From the NCBI RefSeq assembly GCF_036321535.1, contig NC_087437.1:105712001-105776000 (forward strand): 64,000 bases of DNA. The letters are read 5' to 3'. This DNA comes from Camelus dromedarius. Its lineage: Eukaryota. Shown piece by piece: positions 38,019 through 49,880 of the stretch. The notes under the pieces are model-generated. The model did no database searches. It was not told the origin of the DNA and saw nothing but the letters and a program-made list of their open reading frames with translations. A program made the translations under genes and the position numbers. Position 1 is the first letter of the stretch. Each line of letters starts with the position of its first letter.

Positions 38019-38803
38019 CAGTCATCCCTTGGTATTGTCGATGGAAAAAAAAATGCACAAAACGAGACTTGTCAGTTCAGTTTTACTTGGAGTAAAATGA
38101 AGACTATAGCCTGGGAGATAGCATCTCAGATAGTGAAGTGGGATACGTGCATTCAAGCACACATTTCTGCAGAAGGCTGATGCTAGTCTCATGGTTACTG
38201 CTAGTCACGAGAAGCAGATGTCTCCATTAATGATGTTAGTGCTTTTCTAGATATGAGGAGGTACAAGAATTTGGGCTCATAAAATCTTCTCCTGAAAATA
38301 TCTAACTATCTGAAGGTCTGTTCTGACAGTTTTTTCCAGAACACAGGGAGTCTCATTCCTGATCTCCACCCTGAACTCTTTTCAGGGTGTATAGAAGGTC
38401 AGTGGCTACAGTGGTTAGTGATTTAATTCTTACAGAGGCAGATGGCAAATGCCAATTTTTAGTTGGCAGTATCTGCAGGGGATTGTTTCCAGGAACTCCC
38501 ATAAGTACCAAAATCCACAGAGCTCAGGTCCCTTATATAAAATAGCATGTATCTGCACATAACCTATGCACATTCTCCAGTATACTTTAAATCACCTCTA
38601 GATTACTTATAATATCTAATATAATGTAAATAATAGGTAAACAGTCGTAAATATAAGGTAATGCTAGGTAAACAGTTGCCAGCCAGCACATGGCAACTTT
38701 ATGTTTTGCTTTTTCCAACTTTCTGGAAATTTTTTCCAATATTTTTTATCCACAGTTGGTTGAAGTTGCAGATGCAAAACTTGCAGATACAGAAGGCCAA
38801 CTG
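38019..38803 (+). mobile_element. MER2 (Tigger-family MITE) split by an LTR
   Basis: TA|CAGTCATCCCTTGGTAT...GATACAGAAGGCCAACTG terminal inverted repeats; MER2 body 'gtcccttatataaaatagc...ctctagattacttataat'. Confidence 0.85.
38036..38468 (-). mobile_element. ERV1 solo LTR (433 bp), resembling cetartiodactyl MER41-like LTRs
   Basis: TGTCGA...TTGGCA termini with perfect 4-bp TSD GTAT (38032-35, 38469-72). Family name from recall only. Confidence 0.85.
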
Positions 38804-39026
38804 TGTGCTATCCTAACTAGAGAATTTGAATCTGAAGGCATGTCTTCAACAGAAGGTCTGTTCATTTGTTGACCTTATCCTTATTTCTTTACACCTTGCT
38901 TAAATAGATGGTATTAGTAGGGAAAGATGATCTGTAGATCATGGAGACATTTTCACTGACTTGCTTCTCCTTTGTCCCACTTGTGGAAATGCTCTTCATT
39001 TTGAAACCTCAGATTCTTAATATTAG

Positions 39027-39405
39027 TGTGACGGTTAATTTTACATGTCATCTGGACTAAGATATGGAAGCTGTTTATCCAATACCAGTCTAGATATTGC
39101 TCTGAAGGTAATTTTTAGATGCAATTAACATTTTCATCAGTAGACTCTGAGTGAAGCTTATTACTCTCCATAATGGGGTGAGCCTCATCCAATCAGTTGA
39201 AAGCCTTAAAATCAAAGACTGAGGTTTCCTGAAGAAAAAGGAATTGTTCTCAAGATCATAACATAGAAACTCTGCCTCAATTTCTAGCCAGGTAGAGAGA
39301 TTAGACATGGGTATCATAAACATAGGCATAGATGTAGATATAGATATAAATACAGATATAGCTAGATACTTGGTTCTGTTTCTTTGGAGAACTTTGACAA
39401 ATACA
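39027..39405 (+). mobile_element. MLT2 (ERVL) LTR, MLT2D-like
   Basis: tgtgacggttaattttacatgtc...cctcatccaatcagttgaaagcc...ggttctgtttctttggagaactttgacaaataca. Confidence 0.88.
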
Positions 39406-39826
39406 GCATGTATGCATTTTGATATCTATGCATGTACAAAGAATAGATTATTGATCAATCGATTGATAGATAGATTGATGATAGACAGAGCCTGCTGTAA
39501 CGATTTGCATGGTAGAGCATTAAAAATATACAAGAAAGTATGGACCCAAAAGCACACACAATCCCTCTCCTTTCCAAGTTTCTCAACCTTTCATTTCCCT
39601 TTCCTAGATTTGCTATTATTACCAGTTGCCTATAGATCTTTTCAGAGATGGTTTCCAGATGTATAATCATGTACATGCTCTCATTTCCATATAGTAATAT
39701 TCTAGGCAGTATTTTTTTACATCTTGTTTTTTCCTCTTTCATGAAGATGTTCCATGTGAGTACATATACAATGATCTCATTCGTTTTCATGATTTATTAC
39801 CATAATTTTAACTGTTTCCTATTGAA

Positions 39827-40001
39827 AGCACAAGGAAATATATTCAATATCTTGTACTAATTTATGGTGAAAAAGAATACAAATACAAAAATGAATGTAT
39901 ATATGTTCATGTATGACTGAAGCATTGTGCTGTACACCAGAAATTCACACAACGTTGTAAACTAACTATACTTCAATGAAAATATATATATACAAAAAAA
40001 A
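39827..40001 (+). mobile_element. Lineage-specific L1 3' end with A tail
   Basis: gtatgactgaagcattgtgctgtacaccagaaattcacacaacgttgtaaact; cetartiodactyl/camelid-type terminus by recall. Confidence 0.85.
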
Positions 40002-41009
40002 TACATTTAGAATGTTTCTAAACCATTGCTATATGAAAAAAAGGTGAAATCACATAATTCTAAATCCTTCCTATTTTTTTTAAGTGAAAGTAACAGTTTG
40101 TCTTCACAATATAATCCTAGCTGTTTAATGTCTGGATCAAAAATCTATGCCCTCTTATTATCATTTGTGCAATAATGCAGTGTTGACATTTATATAACAA
40201 GCATTTCTTATATGATTAATACATCCTGGTATCATTCTGATATTTAAAAGAGATTTATTACCATTTGATATTGGTGGTCCTGTATCAGTATGGAATATTT
40301 TTTGTGTTGGTTAAACAAATAGTTTGGAAATTCATAATCCCTTATATTGTCATAATTTCCAACTTGCTATTAATGGAGTAAAAAATGAAGAAAACCTTTA
40401 AAACAATAAGTGAACCATTTGGGAATGGACTATTAATGTTACCCATGAGAGGTTATTGGAAGGAAGATCGCACAAATAACCGTACTATTGTAAAGCTAAG
40501 GGACGTGCTTAGAGACTCCTACCAAGAGATAACTTGTGGATGCATCAGGAAGATGAAAATCTCAGTCTTAGTGAAAGTATTTTGAACTGTTAGACAAAGC
40601 AAATTTATATCAAAAAATGATTTTAAAAAACATAGCTTTAAAAAAATAGATTCCTTTTGTGTTTTGATTTCCATAAAATATTTAATGGAGGAGATAGACA
40701 GGTGTCTGATTTTTGTTTGTTTCAGCACTAACCATTCTCCCACATCTCTTCTCCTGTCTTCTCTTGGTAACCAGAGCTTCTGTCAATTCTTCTGCCTTTA
40801 AGAAGTTTCTTTTATTTTGTGAAGTTGTAGTGAGAGAGATCACTGTATTTGTACTGACAGGGACTATACTTCATGGCAATTTCACTTTATACGTTGTGCA
40901 TTCATCCAAGATGAAATGCTGGTAGTAGTTATCAGACATTTTAGCCAACAGAATAGAACCATGAGGTGATGAAAGGTCAGAAAAGCCATGTTCCTTTGTG
41001 GATTTCTTC

Positions 41010-43135
41010 CTCAGTCTTTCCCTTTAATCCTCCAACAGCCCAGTTCATTTTATTTCCTAAATATCTCTCAATCCACCTGCTTCTTTTATGTCCACTCCCT
41101 TCCATACTCAGCCTGGCAGTTATCATCTCTCCTTCTCCTCACTAACTGATCTCCTTAAGTCCATACCTGCCTCCCTTCTTCTTAAAATCCTCTGGTGACA
41201 CCCTTATGCCCTCAGAATAAAGACTAAACCCCTAAGTGTGATCTACAAGACTGAAAAACCTGGCCACTGACTGAGTCCTCAGCCTCGTGTGGAACTATTC
41301 TCTCTCTCCATTCTTCCAAACTTCAGGACTTTTTTTTTTTTTTTTAGCCCCTCCTGCTAGTAGAGCTTGTCAGCAAAAATGGTTAAGTAAAGACTTCCCA
41401 AAATGTTCCTTCACCATAAGGAAATAAAACTCATAAAGATTTTCAGAATTAACTTTTTCAAAGTTCTAGAAATTAACAAGATACTACAATAATCTGGGGA
41501 CCATTTATTCAAGAACCATAATGAAATCCTGGCAAGAGCAACAAGCACTATGGTGATGTAGTTTGCCCTGATTGTACCCCCCACTCTCCAGCTCTGAGGT
41601 GATCTTTGGTGAAAATCTGTAGCCTGGCAGCCACTGGAGATGGCAGAGCAGGTGTGTAGCTCCTTCAAGGTCTCATTCCAGAGAGTTATTAGTAACCTGT
41701 CTGGTTGTTCCTTGGAGGAACCTCATTGCACGGCTGTCTTTATTTAACCTGACTCTGAGCTCCCAGTGTGAAAAGCCTTTGCCCCAGGGCATTGTTTTTT
41801 TTTTTTTTTTTGATTACAGATCTTTTCTTCTGTCTCATTTAAGAGACAACTCTATAAAGAAATAATGATAAATCTGTGTTGGTGGGCATGCAGTGTACAA
41901 TAATGTATTGACAACAACAGCACAAAGGAAGGGAGAGGGAAGCAAGTTTCATAAGAGTTAAGTTTTTATATATAATTGAAATTAAGTTGATATTAATTAT
42001 AACTAACTGCTGTAAGTTAAGATATTAACTGGACTGCCCAGAGCAACTAAGAAAATAATTATATATATATAAACACTTACTGCTTAGTGACAGATAATCC
42101 AGTTAAAAACAGGCAAATCATTTGAATAGATGTTTGTCTAAAAATTATACACACATGACTAATAAATACATGAAAATATTAACATTATTCATCATTAAGG
42201 AAATGCAAATCAAAACAATGACTTAACACTTCACACTGACTAGAAAGGCTATAATAAAAAGATCAATAAATGTTCTAAAGTATATGAAGAAATTGGAACA
42301 GTCATACATTGTTAATGGAAAGTTAAAGTGGTATAGTACACTGGAAAAAAGTTTAGCAGTTACTCAAAAATATAAGTATAGGGTTTCCATGTGACCCAAT
42401 AACCCCATTCTTAGTTATATACCCCCGAAAATCGAAAACATATGTTCACACAAAAATCTGTACACAAATGTCCATAGCAGCATGATTTATAAGGACTGAA
42501 AAATGGAAATAATCCAAACGTCCATCACTTGATGAAAAGGATAAACAAAATGTGATAATTCCATACAGTAAAATATTATTTAGATTCATAAAATATTATT
42601 TATATTCATAAAAAATGAAGTATTGAAACACACATGCTACAACATGGACAAACTTTGAAAACTTTATGGCAAGTAAAAGAAGTCAGACTTACAGTCTCCA
42701 TATTGTGTGATTCCATTTATAAGAAATACCCAGCAGAAGCAAATCCATTAAAACAACACAGATTAGAGGATAGGGAGTGACTGGTGATGAATATAGAGAG
42801 GGCTTGTTTCTTTAAGGGGGGATAAAGATGTTCTGGAGTTAGTGTGACAGTTGCATCATTTTCTGAGTATACTAAAACCCACTGGTTGTACACTTCGGAG
42901 GGTAAACTTTACTATAGCTCAATTAAAATTAATTTTAAAAGCACAGAGTATACTTCAGCTTCGCAGCACTTGACAGAGTTGTACTTTTATCTTTGATTTG
43001 TAACCATTTGAAAATATCTTTTCTCTTACTAGACTATAAGTTTCCTGAAAGCAGAAAGCTGGTCTGTTTTGTATTAGTCTTTTATACCCAATGTGTCACA
43101 CAATGCTAAATAAATAATAGTTTTGTTAATAAATA
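41010..43135 (+). mobile_element. L2 (41010-41330 and 42960-43135) flanking an L1M insertion
   Basis: ttcctaaatatctctcaatcc...cagaataaagactaaacc; 3' end ctagactataagtttcctgaaagcagaaa. Confidence 0.6.
41385..42940 (+). mobile_element. Internally deleted L1MB/L1M4 (5' region, inter-ORF piece, 3' end)
   Basis: 5' part 41385-41795, inter-ORF-like 41820-42060, ORF2 end/3'UTR 42080-42940 (ggaaatgcaaatcaaaac...aaaacccactggttgtacac). Confidence 0.7.
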
Positions 43136-44567
43136 TAATTGTTCATAGTAAATAAAGCTGATATGGCCCCAAATGATGTCTGACAAATGGACCAAGGGCA
43201 AGAGGACTCTATGTTCAAGCTATTACCTATAAGAATACCTTATAGCTATAAGATTTGCTTATGCCAGTCACGTTGTAGAATGTCTTTCCATCTCTCCTCC
43301 TAATGTCAGCCTATTGACTAAGAATCAGCAATTCTCTTTTACATATAAGAGATATATTATTTAAAATCATTTCACTTGATCAAATAGAATTAAGACACAA
43401 TCACAGACTTCTGAATTGGATATTATTTTCAAGAAGAAAAAAGCGAACTACGGAGTCTGAGAGTTTCTAGTAAATAATACTAATAAATATAGAGTGAATA
43501 TAATAAATACAAAGGAAGCAAAATTTTATCAGGTATTTTGTATTTGGAATATTAAAATTTCTACAAATAAAAAGATGTTGCTATAACAATCAAATTACAA
43601 TGTCCTGTTTAACTTTTAATAAGCATTTACTGGGTGAAAAACCTGTGCTATTTGTATTTTTAGAAAAAGCAAATGTAACATGCACATTGGCATTATTTTG
43701 TAAACTGGAAACTTATCTGTTAGTATAATTTAGGAGATCCTGATAAAATCTGAAATATTATACAAGGAGATACTTTTTTAAAATTGAAAGAGTCATCAAA
43801 AGAAAGTGGAAATATGAATCTGCCCACCACCAGGTTATGGACCAGGGGAAACTAGAGTAAAAAGGAGAAAAGAATGTCAAAAAAAGAACCAAGGCTTCTT
43901 TCTTCCCCTGAGGCTGCCTCCTTTCCTCTCTCTGCAGATTCTAGGACTATTCTGCATGCACAAATTGAGCTTCAAGAAAAGCAAAAGAACCCAAGACAGG
44001 AAAACATAGTCTAGGCACAGGAATGTGTCTGCTCCTGCAAGAGAGAGGGCTCTTACTGGTCTCCCAGAGGTCTCCATCACAAGTTTCTAGGTATTGAAAG
44101 ACACCTCAAACACGGAGTTGATGCTAATTAGGACATTTCTTACATTCGCAGCTATCAAAGTAAAGGACACTCAAAAGATACAGCATTTTTCTCCACTGAT
44201 GAACTTTCAGGCAATCCCAGGATAAGGGCTCATCCCTACCCTCCAATAGGTGAAGGCTAATGTAGACCCTCCCCAGAGGAACTGATGAAAGAAGATTCTG
44301 GGTTCTTGATGTTAAGAGCAGTGAGGGACTGGATTGTCAAGCCTCACGGCTTTTCTGACTTTTTAAAAATAAGTTTAAACAAAGAAGTTCAAAGAGCAAT
44401 ATAGCAACAATAGTGAGATGAAAAAACTATTTGACATCATTGAAAATACGCTTTTCCAGTTTCATGCAGCGAGCATCCACTTTTGTTATGATGCTTGTAG
44501 TCTGCTTTCCATAACTTTGTCAAACTTGTGCTGGAGGAAAACCATGCTTCCCAGTTCTGCATGGTCT

Positions 44568-44690
44568 TTTTTTTTTTTTTTTTTTTTTTTTGGCTAACTA
44601 TTTTTTTTTTAACATTTTTTTATTGAGTTATAGTCATTTTACAATGTTGTGTCAAATTCCGGTGTAGAGCACAATTTTTCAGTTATACAC
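44568..44690 (-). mobile_element. Young L1 extreme 3' end with poly(T) tracts
   Basis: ttttattgagttatagtcattttacaatgttgtgtcaaattccggtgtagagcac. Confidence 0.8.
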
Positions 44691-44844
44691 ATGCTAAAAC
44701 GTTGGGAAATTCATAAACAGGTCATTTTTAGCAGTGGAAGCACACAGTTTACAGATAATAAAGAACAAGACATTCCGTGCACCCTCAGAGGCTTTGCAAT
44801 CTAATAGTGACCCTAGAATAGATGCATCAAAAACTAGGCACTGA

Positions 44845-45335
44845 CATCACTAGGAACAAGCCATGTTGGTGGAATATATCCTTAATATGATGTAATGAGA
44901 AAGGCACTTCATCTCTGTGGTCTCCCCCTGAAAAACCTGAAACCCTGGTTTGAAAACATCAGACAAATTCCAGCAGAGGGACATCCTACAAACTACCTGA
45001 GGAAGACTCTTTCAAATTGCCAAGGCCGTCAGAAACAAGAAAAGTCCGAGAAACTTTTACAGCCACGAGGAGCCTAAAGAAACCTGACAACTAAATGCCA
45101 TGTGGCTTCCTGGATAGAATCCTGGAACAGAAAGGGTACATTAAGTAAAAACTAAGGTAATAAAGCATGGACTTTAGTTAATAATAATGTATTAATGTCA
45201 GTTCATTACTTCAAATGTACCATCCTAACATAAGATGTTAACAACAAGGGAAACTGGGCACAAGCTATACGGGAACTCAGTACTGTCATTAAAACTTTTC
45301 TGTAAATGTAAAACCAGTCTAAAATAAAGTTATAA
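44845..45335 (+). mobile_element. L1MD/L1MC-type 3'UTR
   Basis: aacatcagacaaattcc...gagggacatcctacaaa...cctggatagaatcctggaacagaaa...tctaaaataaag. Confidence 0.8.
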
Positions 45336-45469
45336 ACATAAGACAAAGGAACACATAAATTCCTTAAGAAAAAAAATCAAACCCATAAATCTATGTGAAG
45401 CTTTCATTCTAGGCTTGTATTAACCAGTTATTAGCTGGAGTTACTGTTACTTGAGATTCATCTTTTAAA

Positions 45470-46744
45470 TTGGCTCTTTTTTTAGTTCTTTTCAAAGAAC
45501 CACCGTACTGTCCTCTACAGTGGCTGCACCAATTTACATCCCCACCAACAGTGTATGAGGGTTATTTTTTCTCCACACCCTCCCCAGCACATAATGTTTG
45601 TAGACTTTTAAATGATGGTCATTCTGACTGGTGTGAGGTGATATCTCACTGTAGTTTTGATTTGCATTACTCTAACAATTAGTGATGTTGAGCATCTTTT
45701 CATGTGCTTGTTGACATCTGGATGCCTTCTGTGGAGAGATGGAGATGTCTCTTTAGGTCTTCTGCTTATTTTCTGATTGGGTTGCTTTTTTTGATATTAA
45801 GGTGTACGAGCTGTTTGTGTATTTTAGAAATTAATCTCTTGTCAGTCACATCATTTGCAAATATTTTCTCTCATTCTGTAAGTTGTCTTTTGGTTTTGTT
45901 GATGGTATCCTGAGCTATGCAAAAGCTTTTAGATTTAATTAGATCCCATTAGTTTATCTTTGCTGTAATTTCCATTACTCCTAGAGCTGGTTCAAAAAAT
46001 ATATTGCTGTGATTTATGTCCAAGAGTGTTCTGCCTATATTTTCCTGTAGGAGTTTTATAGTATCTGGTCTTACATTTAGGTCTTTAGTGCATTTTGAGT
46101 TTATTTTTATATATGGTGTTAGCGAATGTTCTAATTTCATTCTTTTACATGCAGCTGTCCAGTTTTCCCAGCACTACTTGTTGAAGAGACTGTCTTTTCT
46201 CCATTGTATATTCTTGCCTCCTTTGTCATAGATTAATTGATCATACATGCATGGGTTTATTTCTGGACTTTCTATCTTGTTCCATTGAACCATGTATCTA
46301 CTCTGTGATCCAGCAATCCTACTCCTGGGCATATGTCCAGAGAAAAATATAATTCAAAAAGATATATGTACCCCAATGTTCACAGCAGCACTATTTACAA
46401 TAGCCAAGACATGAAAACAACCCAAATGTCCATTAACAGATGACTTAATAAAGAAGATGTGGTATATACATACAATGGGATACTACTCAACCATAAAAAA
46501 GAGTAAAAATTATGACATTTGCAACAACATGGATGGAACTGGAGATTGTTGTTCTAAGTGAAGTAAGCCAGAAAGAGAAAGAAAAATACCATATGAGATC
46601 ACTTATATGTGAAATCTAAAAACAAAGACACAAATGAACTCATCTACAAAACAGAAACAGACTCAGAGACATAGAGAATAAGTTTGTAATTACCAGGGGT
46701 TAAAGAGGATGGGAAGGGATAAAGTGGGTATTTGAAAATTGCAC
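45470..46744 (+). mobile_element. 5'-inverted L1 (antisense 45470-46299, sense 46300-46744), 3' tail missing
   Basis: Antisense part gives [16 protein letters not shown]...; sense part starts at tgatccagcaatcctactcctggg and stops before the 3' terminus. Confidence 0.9.
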
Positions 46745-46830
46745 CTCTTGAGGAGTGATGGAAATGTTAACTATCTTGATTATGGTTGTGGTTTCATGGG
46801 TGTATACATCTATCAAAATTCATCACAATA
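46745..46830 (+). mobile_element. Ancient L1ME/MB 3'-end fragment
   Basis: gtgatggaaatgttaactatcttgattatggttgtggtttcatgggtgtatacatc. Confidence 0.65.
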
Positions 46831-47406
46831 ATGGTGTTAAAAACAAAGAAACAAACAAACAAACTCTATTAACAAGCCCATTTCTTGTGAGACATATGGC
46901 ATTCTCTCCAGATTTCTCAACATTTCCAGGCAGCTTAAGTGCATAGTCATTTCTAGCTGCAAGAATCTTCTTATAATGAATTACTGATCTTATTTTGTTT
47001 TCTCTCCTGTGACTATTTTTTTTTTCATTCTGCTAAGAATTTGAATATCCCTCTTACACACACATACCACTAAAAGCTGAAAGTCATAGATCTTCCTCCA
47101 ACCCCACAAGTTCAACAGCTACTGGAGAGTGAGGTTTGGATAAAAATAGATTGGTTTGTGTTTGTTTAAATTCTTTCAATAGAGAAACCCCTGAGTAAAT
47201 GCCCATGGCACTATATTCACAATGTTTACATATAGGTAAGCAACCCTGAAGGTACACAGAAGATCTCTTTGTGCTATCTGCATATTGAAGGTCATCAAAG
47301 CTTTATGTCAGTAAATCAGTATAACTTCAATGTCAACTTTACTTTCAAAGATCTTTAAATTGACATGAGGACCAGATAAGCATGGACACGGTCCCTTTTC
47401 TATAAC

Positions 47407-47448
47407 ACACCACCACCACCACCACCAAAACAACAACAACAACAACAA
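47407..47448 (+). repeat. (CAC)n-(CAA)n trinucleotide microsatellite
   Basis: Directly visible. Confidence 0.9.
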
Positions 47449-47449
47449 T

Positions 47450-47850
47450 ATGCAATTAAACAGGATCCTGGCAGGAGAGGAGTCCCCTCAAAAGTGTTTA
47501 ATAGAAAAGATTTTAATAAAGAGACTATTTAGTTTTGAGAACCAAAAATGGAGACAACAGTAGTCAGGGGCTGGGAAAAGAAGAAAGCCAATGCCACCCT
47601 AGGCCTGAAGGGGCCAGGCAAGGAAGCAGTGATATCAGATCTAGCTGCTGTCAGTGACATCAGGGCTTTCCAGAATCCTGCGCAGAATAGGGATGGAGGA
47701 GAAGAAGCACCCTGCTCCCTCTTTTCTCCTATCAACCACTTTTCTACAAGTGCCTCCCACTGGCCAAGTCAAAATGGAAACCACAAAAATAGACTCTACA
47801 TGAATCTGGGCCACAGAGCAGGAGGACAGGAGCAGAGAATGGAAAAGAAC
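47450..47850 (-). mobile_element. LTR33-like (ERVL) LTR
   Basis: tttaataaagagactatt...ccaccctaggcctgaagggg...tgcctcccactggcca. Confidence 0.65.
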
Positions 47851-48607
47851 TTGACCTCACTGTAAACTACACCAAAAGCACTGGGATGCATAAATTTCGT
47901 TGAAAATTGCCAGCCTCTCTCCTTAAGACTGTATCTCATGTCTCTGCATCCATCCATCCATCCAATGTATTACATCATTATTGGGAAAATTTAGTTTTCC
48001 ATTCTCTGCTTGCCACCAAGCTTCCAGTCTTTCTGTATCACCAGAAACTGGTTATTGAATATTTCTATGATGGGCCATTTTCCAGATTCTCTTCTTCTAC
48101 AGTAAAGAAATAGCTGTAATTTAGAAATTTCTATCTTTCTTGCTGTACTTCAGACTCAGGGAAAAGAGTAATAAAATGGGAAATAACATACTAACATACA
48201 TACATACATACATACATAAAATAGGAAATGATTATTATGCCACTCATTCCCATCCCTTCGAAGGTATAGGTGGCTGTGGATTTTAGTTCTAAATATTTGT
48301 TCCTGCATTATACTGTCTTATGGAGAAATGGAATAGAAATATGAGGAGGCAGATATCTGTGCAGATGTTCTCTAAAATTAACAATTGATGAGCCATTTTT
48401 TGGTGTTTTTAATTAAAAAAACAGATTAATGAAAAGTGAACATCCACTATACAGAATTGTCGACAAACTGAATGAGCAAAGCTTCCTGGCCCTCCCATCA
48501 AAAAGTACTTACTACTTGGTGTCCCTGTTTCAACTGAGAAAGTTCTAAAGAATGGTAGCAAGTCACATGTTATGATGTGCTTACTAGCTCCTTTTTTTCT
48601 TTACAGG

Positions 48608-48982
48608 AGTACTAGTTTGGGCAATGCTAACTGCTAGAACAAAGTGGAGTTTATTTCTCACTTACATAATGGTAACTGGCCCATGGATAAAATCCTTTAC
48701 ATGGAGAATCAGGGACCTAGAGTCTTTCCTTTTTGTGGCTATGCTATCTTTTAGGGCCTTTCTGTCTTGTGCATCTAGGTAATGGAATGAAAAATAGATC
48801 CTTTGTGATTGGAAGTGTACCTTCTTCCTAGAAGAGTTGGCATGAAAATGGTGCATATCACTTCCATGCACATTCCATTGGCTGGAACTCCATCATATGA
48901 TCACATCTCACGTGAGAGATCTGGAAATGGCTGGCTTTGTGCCCAAGTAGAGGAAATAAATTTTTGTGAATAGATCTACCAC
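48608..48982 (-). mobile_element. MLT1K-like LTR
   Basis: gtttatttctcactta...atcacttccatgcacattccattggctggaact...tgtgcccaag. Confidence 0.7.
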
Positions 48983-49694
48983 TTGAGAGTCATGAGAATG
49001 AATATTTAAATATTTAACAATGTCTAAACAACCGTTTAAATTTTTGATGTTTAAAGTCAATATTGCAATGCTAACTATTACAAGATAGAGTAAGCCTTCA
49101 TCTATGCATGTTAATTTAAAATCTCTATGTTTAATTAGTATAGACACTAATAATAATGTGTCTTTAAATTTTAGGGAAGCAATGGGGCAAAATATCCATA
49201 TGTTACTTTACCATTTAAATCCCACAAAGAAAAGGTAGGCTATGAAGGAGTATCTACAGTTACTATAATAAGTAGAATAAAACATAAAGAAGAATACTGT
49301 TACTTCTATCCATCCAGATAGAATAGGTTATTCTCTAAGTGCCTCAGAAAACTTGAATAAAATTTTCCCTTATCAATAATGAAATATCTTCAACTGCTTA
49401 ATTAGGAATAAACACGTTTCTGCTAAGGAAAAGATTGAGATTGCCAAGTGCTCTAACATTCAAGATTAGTAACTAATTAGTTCTTTTTCACACTTGCCCT
49501 GCTTCTTGTTTAAGTAAGAATCATCTGCAAGCCAACACAAAATTTAATTAAGTTCTGAGTTTTCTTTTCAGTCGTTTAATCAATTTCTACACTGATTTTC
49601 TAGGTTAGGCATTTCACTATTTGGTGATGATAGATGTCTTATTAACAAGACAACCAAAGACTTATTGTCTAGTATTGTTAATGAAATTTTACTG

Positions 49695-49880
49695 TGTGCT
49701 CATTCAGTCCACAACACAGTCCTACAGAATAGGTGTTATTACCCGTATTTTACAGTAAGAATATTTAGACTCAGAGAGAAGGTTATCCTGAGCAACTTGT
49801 TCAAGGTCTTACAGTTTGTAACCATACAGTTGGGACCTGAACCCATGTCCCTGGTCCGTCCCTACAATACTTATGACTAC
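49695..49880 (-). mobile_element. MIR
   Basis: taggtgttattacccgtattttacagtaag...tcagagagaagg...ttcaaggtcttacag...tgaacccatgtc. Confidence 0.75.

Noticed and set aside
40385..40585. 66-aa ORF in unique sequence
   Set aside because: No recognisable homology or splice context; length expected by chance.
42571..42612. 20-bp tandem duplication
   Set aside because: Ordinary slippage inside an L1 3' region; not an array and no spacers.
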